DNA of 64,000 nucleotides, from the NCBI RefSeq assembly GCF_006345805.1, contig NC_043003.1:59148001-59212000 (forward strand), in the 5' to 3' direction. This DNA comes from Octopus sinensis. Taxonomy: Eukaryota. Below are positions 51,412 to 64,000 of the stretch, piece after piece (position 1 is the stretch's first letter; every line of letters starts with the position of its first letter). The position numbers and the translations under genes are program-made. Under the pieces are notes generated by a model that ran no database searches, was not told the DNA's origin, and saw only the letters and a list, made by a program, of their open reading frames with translations.

Positions 51412-53124
51412 CTCTTACTATTAAAGGCATAAGGAAGCCTGAAATTTTGGGAAAGGAAGCTAGTCGTATATATCGACTGCAGTGCTGAACTGGGACTTAT
51501 TTTATCAGCCTGGAAAGAATGATCGGCGAAGTCAACCTCAGACGAAAAGCAGAATGACAGGCAGTAATATCATTAATAAGAATAATAAACACACTACTAA
51601 ATGTAATGAGGGTTTTTTAAAGAAATAAATATGCATAGTAATAACAACAACAAAAAATGATGATGTAACAGCGGTAATAAGTGCGAGAATGTGGTGTTTT
51701 TGGGGTCCAGAGTTGCGATAGGTGATGGGAGATGTTACTGCTAATAATATTTTAGAGCAAGCTGTAAATGATGTAGTAGTGATATAATTTCTAAGATTGT
51801 TGTGAAAAATTGTTGTTTGATATTCACTGGAACCTGTTAAAGTGGATTGATATAGGATATAGGCAAAAAATATATCAGTGACCCTGGAATCTGTATGTTG
51901 AAGAGAGGAGGATACATTAAAATGAAATAGGGGAACAAATTAAATAAAGGAAATGTAGAAAAGAATTCGCTGGGATAAATTGTCTAAGAAAATGTAATTG
52001 TATTTTAGCATGGTTAAATATTAAGTAAGCCAACATCTTATTCATTAGCTAATTAGTAAGTTAGTTAATTCAAGACCTGTATCAAAAGGTAGAAAGCTAA
52101 TAATGCAAATACTTGAACAGCTGAAAAGAAGGAAATGACGGGATTGATGGGTGGCATTATACTGGGCAGTAGTTAAGTCCACATTACTCCGAAAGGTCCA
52201 TAGGACCGGTTTTCCAGTTTCTCTGGCGTCTATATTCCTCTCTGGAGAGGACGCTGGTCCATCGCAGAATGGAGCAACCCAAAAGTTTAGGTTGAAAATA
52301 TTAAAATTAAAGGAAGAAATAATACAGGAATGTAAAATCATTTCTATTCTAGAAATTCGCTATTTGGCTAAATTTGAGAAAGTTGTGTGTAGCATGTGTT
52401 ATTCCACAAGGCACAGAAGCTTGTAGAACAATATATCAACTCTTTGAACCATTTCATAGAGGCGTTTGTCTATTCATCAACAATTGAATATGACCACTTA
52501 TTACTGACAACACCAAAATATAACATGAGTTGCTATGATTATAATTAATTATATGATCAATTTACTCCCTTTTTAAAAAATATTTTCTTATTAACCTGGA
52601 AGGGATAAAATATATAGGAAATATTTTTGCACCAATTAATAAAAATAAAATAACCAAAGAAAAAAGTTACTCATGTATAAATAAAGCTATAGTCCCACAA
52701 AAAAAAAATACAAATCTATCCATAATACAATGCTGTGTATTACTACGGTATAACTTATGAAATGGCATTTATTTTGTGTTATGCGTTAGTTTATTACGGA
52801 GGCAAGACTGCTTTCAACTACATAACTCTTGATTGCTGTGTAAAAATAGAAACTTGGATGTTTGAAACCAATTAAATATTCATTGGGAGTTTTATATGTA
52901 TTTTGGTCTAATTAGGCTTCCATTAGCTAAATTGACTTTACATCCACTAGAGCCAATGGTAGTATCAGAATTCTTCTGCTCAAGACTGGAGAGCTTTAAT
53001 GGTATTAATATTTCTTCAGGCATTGCTAAATGATTGAAACGTAATATTGTCATTCTGCTGTTGAGTTGAGTGAGGGCTTCTTTATTTCAGAGCTTTAGAG
53101 TAGGCCTACAGTCAAAAGATGGAG

Positions 53125-53126
<2 letters not shown>

Positions 53127-53169
<43 letters not shown>

Positions 53170-53183
53170 TGTATATATGTATG

Positions 53184-53227
<44 letters not shown>

Positions 53228-53405
53228 TATATACATATATACATATATATATACATATATTATACATATATATATACATATATACATATACATATACATA
53301 TATATATATACATATATATATACTATATATATATATACATATATATATACATATATATATACATATATATATATACATATATATATACATATGTATATAC
53401 ATATG

Positions 53406-53447
<42 letters not shown>

Positions 53448-53468
53448 TATACATATATGCATATATAC

Positions 53469-53500
<32 letters not shown>

Positions 53501-53679
53501 GTATGTATATGTGTATATGTGTGTCAGTGTGTGTATATATACATATATATATATACATATATACATATATATATATATGCATGTATATATGTATGTATGT
53601 ATATATATATATATATAATATATATATATATATCTGTGTACATCTACATACGTAAATATGTATATGTGCGAATATACAA

Positions 53680-53726
<47 letters not shown>

Positions 53727-53735
53727 GTGTATATA
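53127..53735. repeat. About 600 bp (TA)n/(TATACA)n complex microsatellite
   Basis: Direct inspection; it is the source of five overlapping I/Y-rich ORFs. Confidence 0.97.
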
Positions 53736-53948
53736 CAGATTCCGCCCAAAAAGTGTATGCTCACTTCAGGAAAGGAAATATCTGAATAAATATTTAATTT
53801 ATATTTGTACCCCTATAAATATAAATACCTCTTTCCATGTTTTATGAACTTGCGATAACATTGAAAAAATTGCAATAACACTGAATTAAAATATATATAC
53901 AAATTTTTCCTTTCCTGAAGTGTGTATACATTATTTTGGCGGACTATG
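53736..53948. mobile_element. Tc1/mariner-type MITE with about 45 bp terminal inverted repeats
   Basis: TA-cagattccgcccaaaaagtgtatgctcacttcaggaaaggaaa ... tttcctttcctgaagtgtgtatacattattttggcggactatg. Confidence 0.7.
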
Positions 53949-56266
53949 TTTAAAAATGCGTTTCATCTTCGCAAGAACGACAAGTTCTACTATTATCTAA
54001 CTAGGCAAATGAAGTAAAAATATCGCAAAAAACAAACACAGAAATCTCTAACTCTATTCAATAACACCCTCTGTCAATAAAGATGTAGCCAGAGAATCTA
54101 TGGGATTAGTTATCCGTCATAAAAAAATTCAAAAAATATCAATTTTATTTCAGCAACAGCGTCTAACGGAGAAAAATTGAATGAAATATTTGCTATTTCA
54201 CTTGTCATGCTCCATATTATTTTACCTGGATCAGTAGACTCTCGATCTTCTTACGAAAGCGAAGATATAAGTGAGAATGGTAGTCTTTTCACTGGTGGTC
54301 TGTGTCTCCGTCGGTTACGATGCTAAGAATTGCAGATGGTTCGATCAACGGAACAGCCTGCATGTGAAATTGACGTGCAAGTGTCTAAGCACACCACAGA
54401 CACACATATCCTTAACATAGTTATCAGTGAGATTCAGCGTGACACACCGAATGGTGACAAAGCTGGCCCTTTAAAATTCAAGTACGACTCAGTTTAGCCA
54501 GCCGAATAGGAAGTTGCAACGTGAAATAAATTATCTTGCTTAAGATCACAACGCACAGATGGCAATTGAACACACGACTTGACGGTTGTAAGCCGATTTC
54601 CTTAACCACTATATCATACGCCTTGCTACCGAAATATAAATGCATTTTATGCACAGAACTCTTTAGGATAATGTAATTTACGGATAAACCTATAATTGTT
54701 GTGCTCAGCAACGAAATTGATTTTGCTCTCGGAAACGTTTTATCATACCTATAATGACATTCCTGAAGTGAATTCATACAGAAACCCCCCAAAGCATGTG
54801 CCAATCCTTGTTGGAACATATATACAGTTGTAGTTTAGTATAATATCTCACTCGAAATGATCCAAGCGTGACTATCCCGTATTTTTAATTTCAAGTACTA
54901 TATTGTCTTCTGTGCACTTTTTCATTTAAAATGGTGTTTGTATCTGAAGGTTACCAGTTATCCTTTTAAATTTAGTAGTCACATATCCCTCATGACAAAC
55001 ACAACTGTCTACAAGAAGAATCTTCAGCTGAAGTAGAACTAAAAACTCCATAAATTATAAAATTGACTACATTGTGATGGTAGGAAATTATTTGACCATT
55101 GACTGCTTGATCAGGAATATCAAAATGTCATGGAGATAACCATTAGTAGTAGAAACAAAAAGTATCCGTGTTCCATTAACCTACATTTAAATATTTTCAC
55201 ATCTTCAGTCGCGAGACAATTTTAATGTTAAACCGCCCCAGCACGAAGATATAAACTACGTATTTATTGAGAAATATAACTTATATGACGCGAGTGTGAT
55301 GAAATAAAATAGGCAATGAGCGAAAGATAGACAGATAGATAGTGAAAAAAAGAAAGATAATGAGGAGAGGGTGAGTGAGTGAGTAAAAGAGAGGGGGAGA
55401 GAGGGGTGAAAGAGGGAGAGAGAGAGAAAAAGAATATGCAAAAGATAGACAAAGAGGTAGCAAAGGATAGATGGAAAGTGTAAAAGGGTGAAAAGAAATA
55501 GTTTGGATGGTTCGACAATTTAATTGTCAAAAGCAATAACCTATCACAGAGTATACCTCATCCTATTTAGTGAGGTATCATCAAATTATCTGTGCACTAT
55601 TTCTTTTCTCATTTTCTTACCTTTATCAATCGCACACTAATGATTAACCGTCATCCCACGCTTTCTTGATAAAATCTTTTATCAGCAAATGGTTGACATA
55701 ACAAAACTCTTACATCTATCACAAGGTATTAAGTTCTATTAACTTAACTTTCGGATTTCTATTGATTAAAGTGGCTCGTTTATTCGTTAAGTACTTTGCA
55801 GGCGTATTATTGGATTTTACAAAAATAAAAATAAAAAATAAACACAACTGCTGTTTCAATCTATCACTGGATTTTTCTTAAGTGAAAAGAATATTTTAAA
55901 TCGTAGCAGCTGTTAACTCAGAACAGGAAATAATTACGCTTAATACCAGGGTTGTTTCTCCATCTGCAATTTCGTACATCACAGATGACACTCAGACGAA
56001 AGCAAGTAGCGCGCCCGCGCGATTGTGTGGAATAAAACTTGTTTTACAGAAACCTGTAACTCCTAACCAATTCCGAATTGTCAGAATGCCTATTTTATCG
56101 AGGTTGTATCTTGCTCCTGAGGAAGTGCTATTTACTCTAAATTTCAGTGTGATAACAACGTCTCACAAGCTTCCAAAAATCGTTTTCTCACTAAAACATG
56201 CACCAAACATTGCAACAAGCAATCTTTAATTTTAAAGACAATTTCTCTCTAGAACTGCTTCATTTT

Positions 56267-56436
56267 ATTGTATTATTTTCCCACAAGTACCACCCTAAAG
56301 ATCTTAAATGGCGCAATCACTTAGATAAACTCCATCAGTTATTAATCAGTTATCAGTTATTGTATTTTTTCCCCACAAGTATCACCCCAAAGATCTTTAA
56401 ATGGCGCATTCACTTAGGTAAACGCCATCAATTATC
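56267..56436 (+). repeat. Diverged tandem duplication (about 75 bp unit, period 92)
   Basis: attgtatt.ttt.cccacaagta.cacc..aaagatctt.aaatggcgca.tcacttag.taaac.ccatca at 56267 and 56359. Confidence 0.85.
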
Positions 56437-57475
56437 AACCTTCCCAGTAGTTTTCGCTGTGTGAGCGTAGTATACATTCCCATAGGTTTAGCTGTGTGAG
56501 AGTCCTGCTGTTTAATCAACTGAAATAAGTTTTTATTGTATTAGCGTATGACGTGGTCAAATATACCACAGATAAGCGTTACATAAGCCCTTTGCACCTT
56601 ATAGAATACAGACCATCGACGACTTTTCTCCACTACTCTGGATTCGGGGCTGTATTAACCTTCCCGTTTCATACATCCTCTTAATGTATCTCAGAGGGAT
56701 GGCCCTCCTCTCTCAGGTGTTGTTAGTTTTGAATTATCAACGATGCATTTAACTTTGATTTCTTTTCAGGTAGGAATGCTGACTCTACGCAAACCCATTT
56801 TTAATTCTTGGAAAAGGTAATCCATATTAATTTGGTCTCAATCGTTCGACCTGTTTAGCATGTGAGGCCCTCCTAGGAGCTTTCACTCCACTGGCATAGC
56901 TTCCAGCGTTAGTGAGACATACAAGTCACCATAACGAAACAAGGATTGAATCTTGTGGTGAGTCATGAGTTCCTCTAAGGTAATGCTCAAGTAGAACAAC
57001 CTGACATAAGTTTGACAAGACTGATACATTGAATTACAGGCACAGACAGAAGTGTTCACATAGTTTCCATCTACGGAATTTAACTCATATAACAGCAGTC
57101 AAAGCTAAAAAATGTTGATGAGCATGTCATGCAGAGGGATCGATATTGTTATCTTGTGGTATTGAGGCGAACGTCTTATCCGATCAGTCCTTCGTGCGTC
57201 CATAGTATGTCTTATCACATACCCTCGAGATGTTTCTGAATAGGATTAGATGCAAACAGGCCAGAGAAATATATGCAAAGCGCAAGCGTTTAAATTCTTT
57301 AAGGTTTTGTTAAAATATACTCTTTAAAAATTTTTTATAATATGAGTGTAGACACGGCATGTGGTATCGATTCCAATCCCTTTAGTTGGCACAATTATAT
57401 GTTTGTGTGTTTTACTATAATCTCAAGTAAATAAATCTCGTCGTCCCGTCCTTGCAACTCGGTAAAAAAAACAAC

Positions 57476-57579
<104 letters not shown>

Positions 57580-57581
57580 CA

Positions 57582-57798
57582 CGAAGGGATGCTGAAAAGT
57601 TCCTAGATTTAATGGTATCGCGAAAGGCCTGGTTGGAGCCCCATGCATCTTAGTTATTTCATAGGGCTTACACAAACTGAAGGACCGCTGCAATAAGTGT
57701 GTTAATCTGAGAGGGGAATACGTCGAATAAATTCATAGTTAGCTGATCGTCCTGTATTCACTTTTATACAAACCCAGGAACTTTTCGGCAACCACTCG
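57582..57798 (+). mobile_element. Mariner-derived MITE retaining the transposase C-terminal codons
   Basis: Termini cgaagggatgctgaaaagttcc and ggaacttttcggcaaccactcg-TA; the interior reads GLHKLKDRCNKCVNLRGEYVE*. Confidence 0.8.
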
Positions 57799-57875
57799 TA
57801 TACACACACACATACATGCATACATACATGCATACATACATACATACATACACATACACACGCACACGCACACAC

Positions 57876-57921
<46 letters not shown>

Positions 57922-58241
57922 TTATATACACGTGCACCCTTTAAAGGACACAAAAATGTAAGCCTAAAGACTTAACGAATTTTTTTCCATTTTTTCCCTT
58001 TTTCCTTTCCTTTTTCATTCAATATTCCTCTGATAAATTCTAAATCATTCTAATTATGTTTGTTACATGGAACGAGATAAATGCAAATTTACCTCAAAAA
58101 TGGCAAACTGAAACAGCTTTAAATGTTATTTTAACTACAATTAAACTATGACCATGGTCACTACCAGTGACCATCTTCTAATTGTTAATTGTTGCTCCAT
58201 TTCTTTTCTTATCTATCTATCAATCAATCAATCTATCTATA

Positions 58242-58326
<85 letters not shown>

Positions 58327-58594
58327 CATAGCACACTGTTGGGGTCAGAGGAAACTGGAATATCTTTGATGATGTTTGATCATTCACGCTCAGCTTGAGG
58401 TTAATTAACAACGATGAAATCCTTATTTGTACTCATACAAATTATATAAGACTGATGAGTGACCAGCCGTGATACTGGGCAACAACGGGTAAAATCTCGA
58501 AAAATATGTATAAACTATTATTATTTATCGACAAATTTTTGAGTTTATCGTGCGTATGGATATATGTATATATGTATATATACACGTATGTATG

Positions 58595-58628
<34 letters not shown>

Positions 58629-59219
58629 TGTATGTATGTATGTATGTATGTATGTGTATGTATGTATGTATGTATATATATATATATATATATTCATATT
58701 TATATATACACTCTTTTCTTTTCGTATAGTCATTGTTTTTTAACACTCATTGTGCTTTACGCTCAAATTTTCAGAATTTTTATTGACTTTTTGTATGTTA
58801 TATTTTATCACTTCTGTATTTTTTTATGCACCTGATGGGGACCATACATTTTTCATTTTCTTCTTATTAATTAATGACAACCATTTAAAGATGCCTTAAT
58901 TACTGACATCTTATATGCTGTTTTAAAACATTCAGTAATTAATGTAATTTTATCTATTGCCAAAGACCATTTCACTAATTACAATTTTTGTTGTCGTCGT
59001 CGTCGTAGTCAGAATCGTCAACATCGCCATCGCCATCACCGCTATCGTTTATATTATATTCTTGTTATTGTTGCTGCTAAGTTTTCAGCTAAAACTATTT
59101 AATTGTTATTTCATATTCTGCCTAGAAACATTAGAATAGTTTAATAAATATTGGTGTTTAATTGCTTTGTGTATGTGTGTGCTAGGTTTGTTGTTTCTTC
59201 TTCTGTTCATGTTGACGTG

Positions 59220-59281
<62 letters not shown>

Positions 59282-60442
59282 CATTATTATTATTATTATT
59301 TAGCATCTTATTTCTATTATTATTGTTATCATTATTATCATTATTATTATTAATATTAGTAGTAGTGGTGTGTAGTCGGTCTTGTTTCAGCTGTTTGTTT
59401 TTACATTTTTGTATACTATGAATGTAGTTCCTTGTTATTTGTTGTTACATTTGCTTTTGTATCTTTCAATGTTGTAACTGATTCAAATTTTAGCGGTTTC
59501 TTCTTCTTCTTCTTGTCAGAAACGTTAGAACGCTACAATAATCCGTTACGATATATAGTTACGTCCATCTACAATCTGAAATCCTCAAAATGCCGAGGTA
59601 CTCGTTTGTATTTCCAGTAATCCGATGGTGACCAAATATATACCATTAATATACCAAAGGCAATTAAATACTGAACTGGAAAGGATTAGCAAGGATTAGC
59701 TCAGTTTTAATACAATTACATCTTATACAAACTTACACCAGCATCCTCTATCTTTTAAGATACATTACGAGTCGTAGGCAACAACTGATGGCTTCCGACG
59801 TTAAAAGTCCGCCAAATTATTATCGTAAGAATAGCAACTTTATACTAGCTTTAGGCCTTTAACTGAAAATTAATGTATTTGATTGTAGTGTATCGATAGT
59901 TCGCTTTCACCTTGTCACTTGATACGCACTGGAGAAAATACCATAGTTTTAATGTATACTGATTACATGTGTATGATTTTATTATACGCACTAGTACATG
60001 ATATAGTACTGATCTAAAAGGTTTACTAAACTAATGTTAAAATCTGAACTCAGTGTTGGAAATAAGAATATAGCTAGAAATAGAATAACTTTACTAATCA
60101 CTCGCCTCATGAATAATAGCAAGTTTCTGAGAATAATATGTTAGAAGTAATGTAAACTGAAGGACTGGGATGTACAAACACTCGAAATTTAATCACTTAT
60201 AATCTACTAATATGCACACATACATCTATACACAAACACTCTCTCCCTCGATGGAACTTTTTACGTTGAGGCATATTAGAATGTAACGTTTTGAGGAAAT
60301 TCGTGCACTCAAGCTACAAAAGTGATTAGCATATTCATGTTAGAACCTGTTGAAAAATATTAAGATTGAATATACAACCCATCAAAAGGAAGACTCATTG
60401 GCATAATAATAGAACACGTAAAAATTACAACCCTCACGCATA

Positions 60443-60492
<50 letters not shown>

Positions 60493-61744
60493 TTACACAC
60501 ACACACACACGTCCATTTTTGATAGTGTCATAGTATCGTGGTATCATTTATATTTTATCGTATTTTTACTGTTTCCAGTTATTTTATCGCTCTCAATCTC
60601 TCTTCCTTTAGTTCACTTTGCCTCTAATTTATACATCATTGTAGCCTCCACACACACACACACACACATACTATGATACTATGGCAATGGAAAATGGGGA
60701 AACAACTATTCGTCCAGTATTCTTTCCGGCTGGACTGAGACACATTGACCTCTCTTTGAAAGCCAACAATAGTAAAAAAGTCCAGGACTAAAGGCAGAAA
60801 TATAAGAAAAAATTTATTTATACAAAAAGATAGAAAGTCTTTTTTTTACTTATGCGAGAGATTGTTTCTGCAGGGGCTTTGACGTGATGGATAAATACAA
60901 CGAAAAGAACTAAAGAAATTTATAGCATCAGTAACTAGTACAAAAAATTATAAAACAATGAATTAACATGAATTACACACTATGCAATTTGCATAAATTA
61001 GCAACAGTGCATAGAAGACCCAGCTGCTCAGCTCGTATCTACAGGCATGATTAGTTAAATAGCTATATCTTTTAAGAAATATCCACGTCCTATTTAGAAT
61101 GAGTGAATTAGAAACATATTTTGTTTTAAAGCTAAACCATAATTTAGAAACACACGCATCAATTCGAATTTAATGCGGTGCTATTGTATACATGATTAGA
61201 AACAAATCATTTGATGTCTATTGGAGTTTAAACAGATCTAAACGTAATGTAGATGTAAATAATTGAAAAATGATTATGTTAATTGTACAAGTCAGGTGAA
61301 GTAAACATCAGACATGCTTTGCACCATGGAAAAACTGCAGGGTGTACTCACAGTTAAAACAAGCTCTGCTGAATCAATCGCTGTGTCGGAAACCCTTCCG
61401 TGTCATATGCATATATCTCGGGGTCACAATTATTTCTCACCTTAACTTGTACTTTTCACCTTGTGTAAGGCTGCGAAGGCTGAATTAGAGTTCGACTGTG
61501 GAAGACTCCCACCTGCGATCTCTTGTCAAAGACAGGCACATGGATCTGGTTTCAGTTGGCAGCAACATCTCCATCAGAGGTTTAGATATTTAGCTGAAAA
61601 TTAACGTATTTGACAATTATATAGGGATTGGTCGCTTTCATCTTTTCATTTGATAATCACGGGAGAAAATATGATAGATATGATGTGTGTCAATTACATG
61701 TCTACGCTTTCCTTACGCTTGTGCATTGTAACATGAAATGAATG

Positions 61745-62160
61745 CAAATTCTTTAGCACGGCTCTGCTGTTAAGATCTTATTTTCTAGTCACATGGTTTC
61801 AGGCTCAGGTTCACTGCGCGGGCACCTTAGTCAAGTGTCCTCTACAATACCATCTGACCAATCGCTGCCTTGTGTGTGAATTTGGTAGACGGAAACTGTG
61901 TGGAAGCTCATCGCATATATATTTAAGATGCGTGTGTGTTTGTGTGTTTGCGTGTGTGTGTGCGTGATTTGTTCTCTATCACCGCTTGGTATCCTCTGCT
62001 GGTTTGTTTACCTCCCAATAATAAGTGGTTCGACAAAATAGAACAATATTATTGGTACTAGAATTAGAAATGAGTATAGGTTCGGTTTGTTCGATTAAAA
62101 CTTTGATGGCGGTTTCCCAGCATAGCTAATTCCAATGACTGAAACATGCAAAAGATGTAA
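61745..62160 (+). mobile_element. SINE family A, degenerate
   Basis: ggttcactgcgcgggcacctt...gaatttggtagacggaaactg...ccagcatagc...aatgactgaaaca. Confidence 0.7.
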
Positions 62161-63559
62161 AAAAAAATGAGGTAACAACTCTTATGAAACTAAGCCAATT
62201 AGATTCAAGACAGATTCTATAGAATACAAGTATTTTCAATAATATAACTCGCAAAGTGCAAATTCTACACGGAGCACATTTTCTAAACTTTCACCCACTT
62301 ATACTACATCAGTTTTCACAAGAAAGAAGAGTAACCCAACAATAAACAAAACAAAATTAATCTCACAATGAAGCAAATTAGTTGTACTGTCTATTCGCCA
62401 AAAGATGATACCACGTACGCAATAAAGAGAAACACCTGTCGGTAAGGTGAAAAACTCACATGAACCTACTAAATGAAACCAGCACAATAATAATAGCGAT
62501 AGTAACAAAAATTAAATCGATAATGTTTTACGGGTTTTTGTTGATTATTTTCCACTTAACACAGATAATATTTATAACATTGCTGCTTTTTCTGTATTTT
62601 GTGAATATATATGGTGTTGGTTTATTGAATAAAGATAGGTGAAATATATAGACACTGTGAGGTTAATGTATTTTTAGTATATATAAAAGTGCAGTGTAAC
62701 AGTTGTAATACAATGTAGTTAGTTACACAAAGTAGTAAAGTGGAATGTTTTATTTTCAGAAATTTTGTTCCATGCCGATATGTGTTACACAATATATACA
62801 AAAAGAAGCATTAAAAACATAAGAAAACAATATTTTATTAACAATTAAAGATAATTCACTACTTGTTCCATTCTTTCTTCGTATGTCGAACTTATATAAT
62901 ATCATATAAAATTAATTTAAAGGAAGATTGATAATAATCTTGCTTCATTTGTTATTTTCCTAGTTATTAAACAAATTGTAACAGTACTTTAATGTCTCCC
63001 ATATAACAATAGAAATAAAAATTTCATTTAATTTCCCAATTGGTTAATTTGAGAAAATAAAAGATTTATTTCTAATTTATCACATTAAAGTTACCTTTTG
63101 TATTTCATGAAAACTCTCAGCTTATTTTGCTGATATGATGGAACATGTCAGCTCCTCACAGCCACCTTACTGACACTTGTTTGCTAATCATGCTTCAAGA
63201 ACCCTGCAGAGAGCTCTTGTAGTTCCAAACAATGGTGATTTTTGTAGGTGTTCTATCTTTACATTTGAGCCACATTGGTAGTCGGGTGCTGAAACGTCCA
63301 AGCGCGCCAATCACTATCGGTATCTTGTTTACCCTCTTCATTGCCCACAATCTGCGTATTTCCCAATTCAATACATCGTAGTTGTTCTCTTTTTCTCTTT
63401 CAAGTCTATCCTGTTTCTACTAGGAGATGCTATGTCAATTATCAGGCATGTTTTTTTCCCGTTCATTATCTGTAGGTTTTTTCTCTTCCGTTCATTACCA
63501 GACATATTTTAATATTTTCTGTTCTCACCTTTATCATAATTATTGTTATTTCTCTTTAT

Positions 63560-64000
63560 CACATGTTTTGTTGGAGCTCCTGGAATCTTGCATGCGTAGC
63601 GGCTTGCGACTTGCAGACTACGGTTTCATGCTATCCGTTCTTTTCAATTATCGAACACTTCCCTGATTGTTGGCCGTGCCAAGGGAGAAACAAAACTTTT
63701 GTAACACTTCATCTGGCACTCTATTCCAATTTCCTTTATATTCCTCTTGATGCCTTCTGATACTGTCCCCAAGGACCCAACAATAATTGGCATTATCTTC
63801 ACCCTTTTCATTTTCTATAACCGGGCTATTTCGTACTTAAAAGGTTTGTATTTATCTATCTTTTCACCTTTCTTCTTGATTATTCGTGTATCAAATGGGC
63901 ATACACCATCAATAATGTAGCACATGTGGTACACCTTGTCCACCACCACTAAATCCAGTATGTTATCCTCTAGCACCTTATCTGTTTGGATAGGGAAATC
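63560..64000 (-). mobile_element. R4/Dong-type restriction-like endonuclease 3' end, running off the window edge
   Basis: DFPIQTDKVLEDNILDLVVVDK...CYIIDGVCPFDTRI...EKIDKYKPFKYEIARL*KMKRVKIMPIIVGSLGTV. Confidence 0.85.

Noticed and set aside
53070-53785. Five overlapping 156-225 aa I/Y/H-rich ORFs
   Set aside because: They are translations of a TA-based microsatellite. The same applies to the many [16 protein letters not shown] and poly-N/poly-I ORFs elsewhere.
58154-58176. Small hairpin ATGGTCACT-acc-AGTGACCAT
   Set aside because: A 9 bp stem is expected by chance in 64 kb, and there is no U-tract or other supporting context.
61440-61620. GC-richer segment with splice-like signals on the minus strand
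   Set aside because: All three frames have stops after the acceptor, and the + strand open frame (about 55 codons) has no recognisable motif or convincing splice sites.

Overview
AT-rich, repeat-dense animal genomic DNA. The SINE families, microsatellite load and LINE types look like an octopus (coleoid cephalopod) genome; this is an inference from pattern, not a database match. I found no intact protein-coding gene: nearly all ORFs in the track are microsatellite translations or decayed transposon fragments. The window holds several tRNA-headed SINE families, mariner remnants and MITEs, and remnants of RTE, R4/Dong, CR1/L2-like, Tx1/L1-like and Penelope-like retroelements. The most notable signal is a set of Penelope-type pseudo-LTRs carrying minimal type I hammerhead ribozyme motifs. 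Two near-perfect DNA palindromes (20737-21206 and 47577-47906) each carry a pair of outward-pointing hammerheads, three of the four with a complete core. A truncated Penelope with an inverted terminal copy and a decayed hammerhead lies at 12293-12868, and weaker hammerhead relics lie near 3110 and 7201. A repeat-free stretch at about 4480-5400 with clustered TALE/Pbx/YY1-like motifs is a candidate developmental enhancer. SINE family letters A-E are my own labels. All structures were folded by eye and none is experimentally tested.
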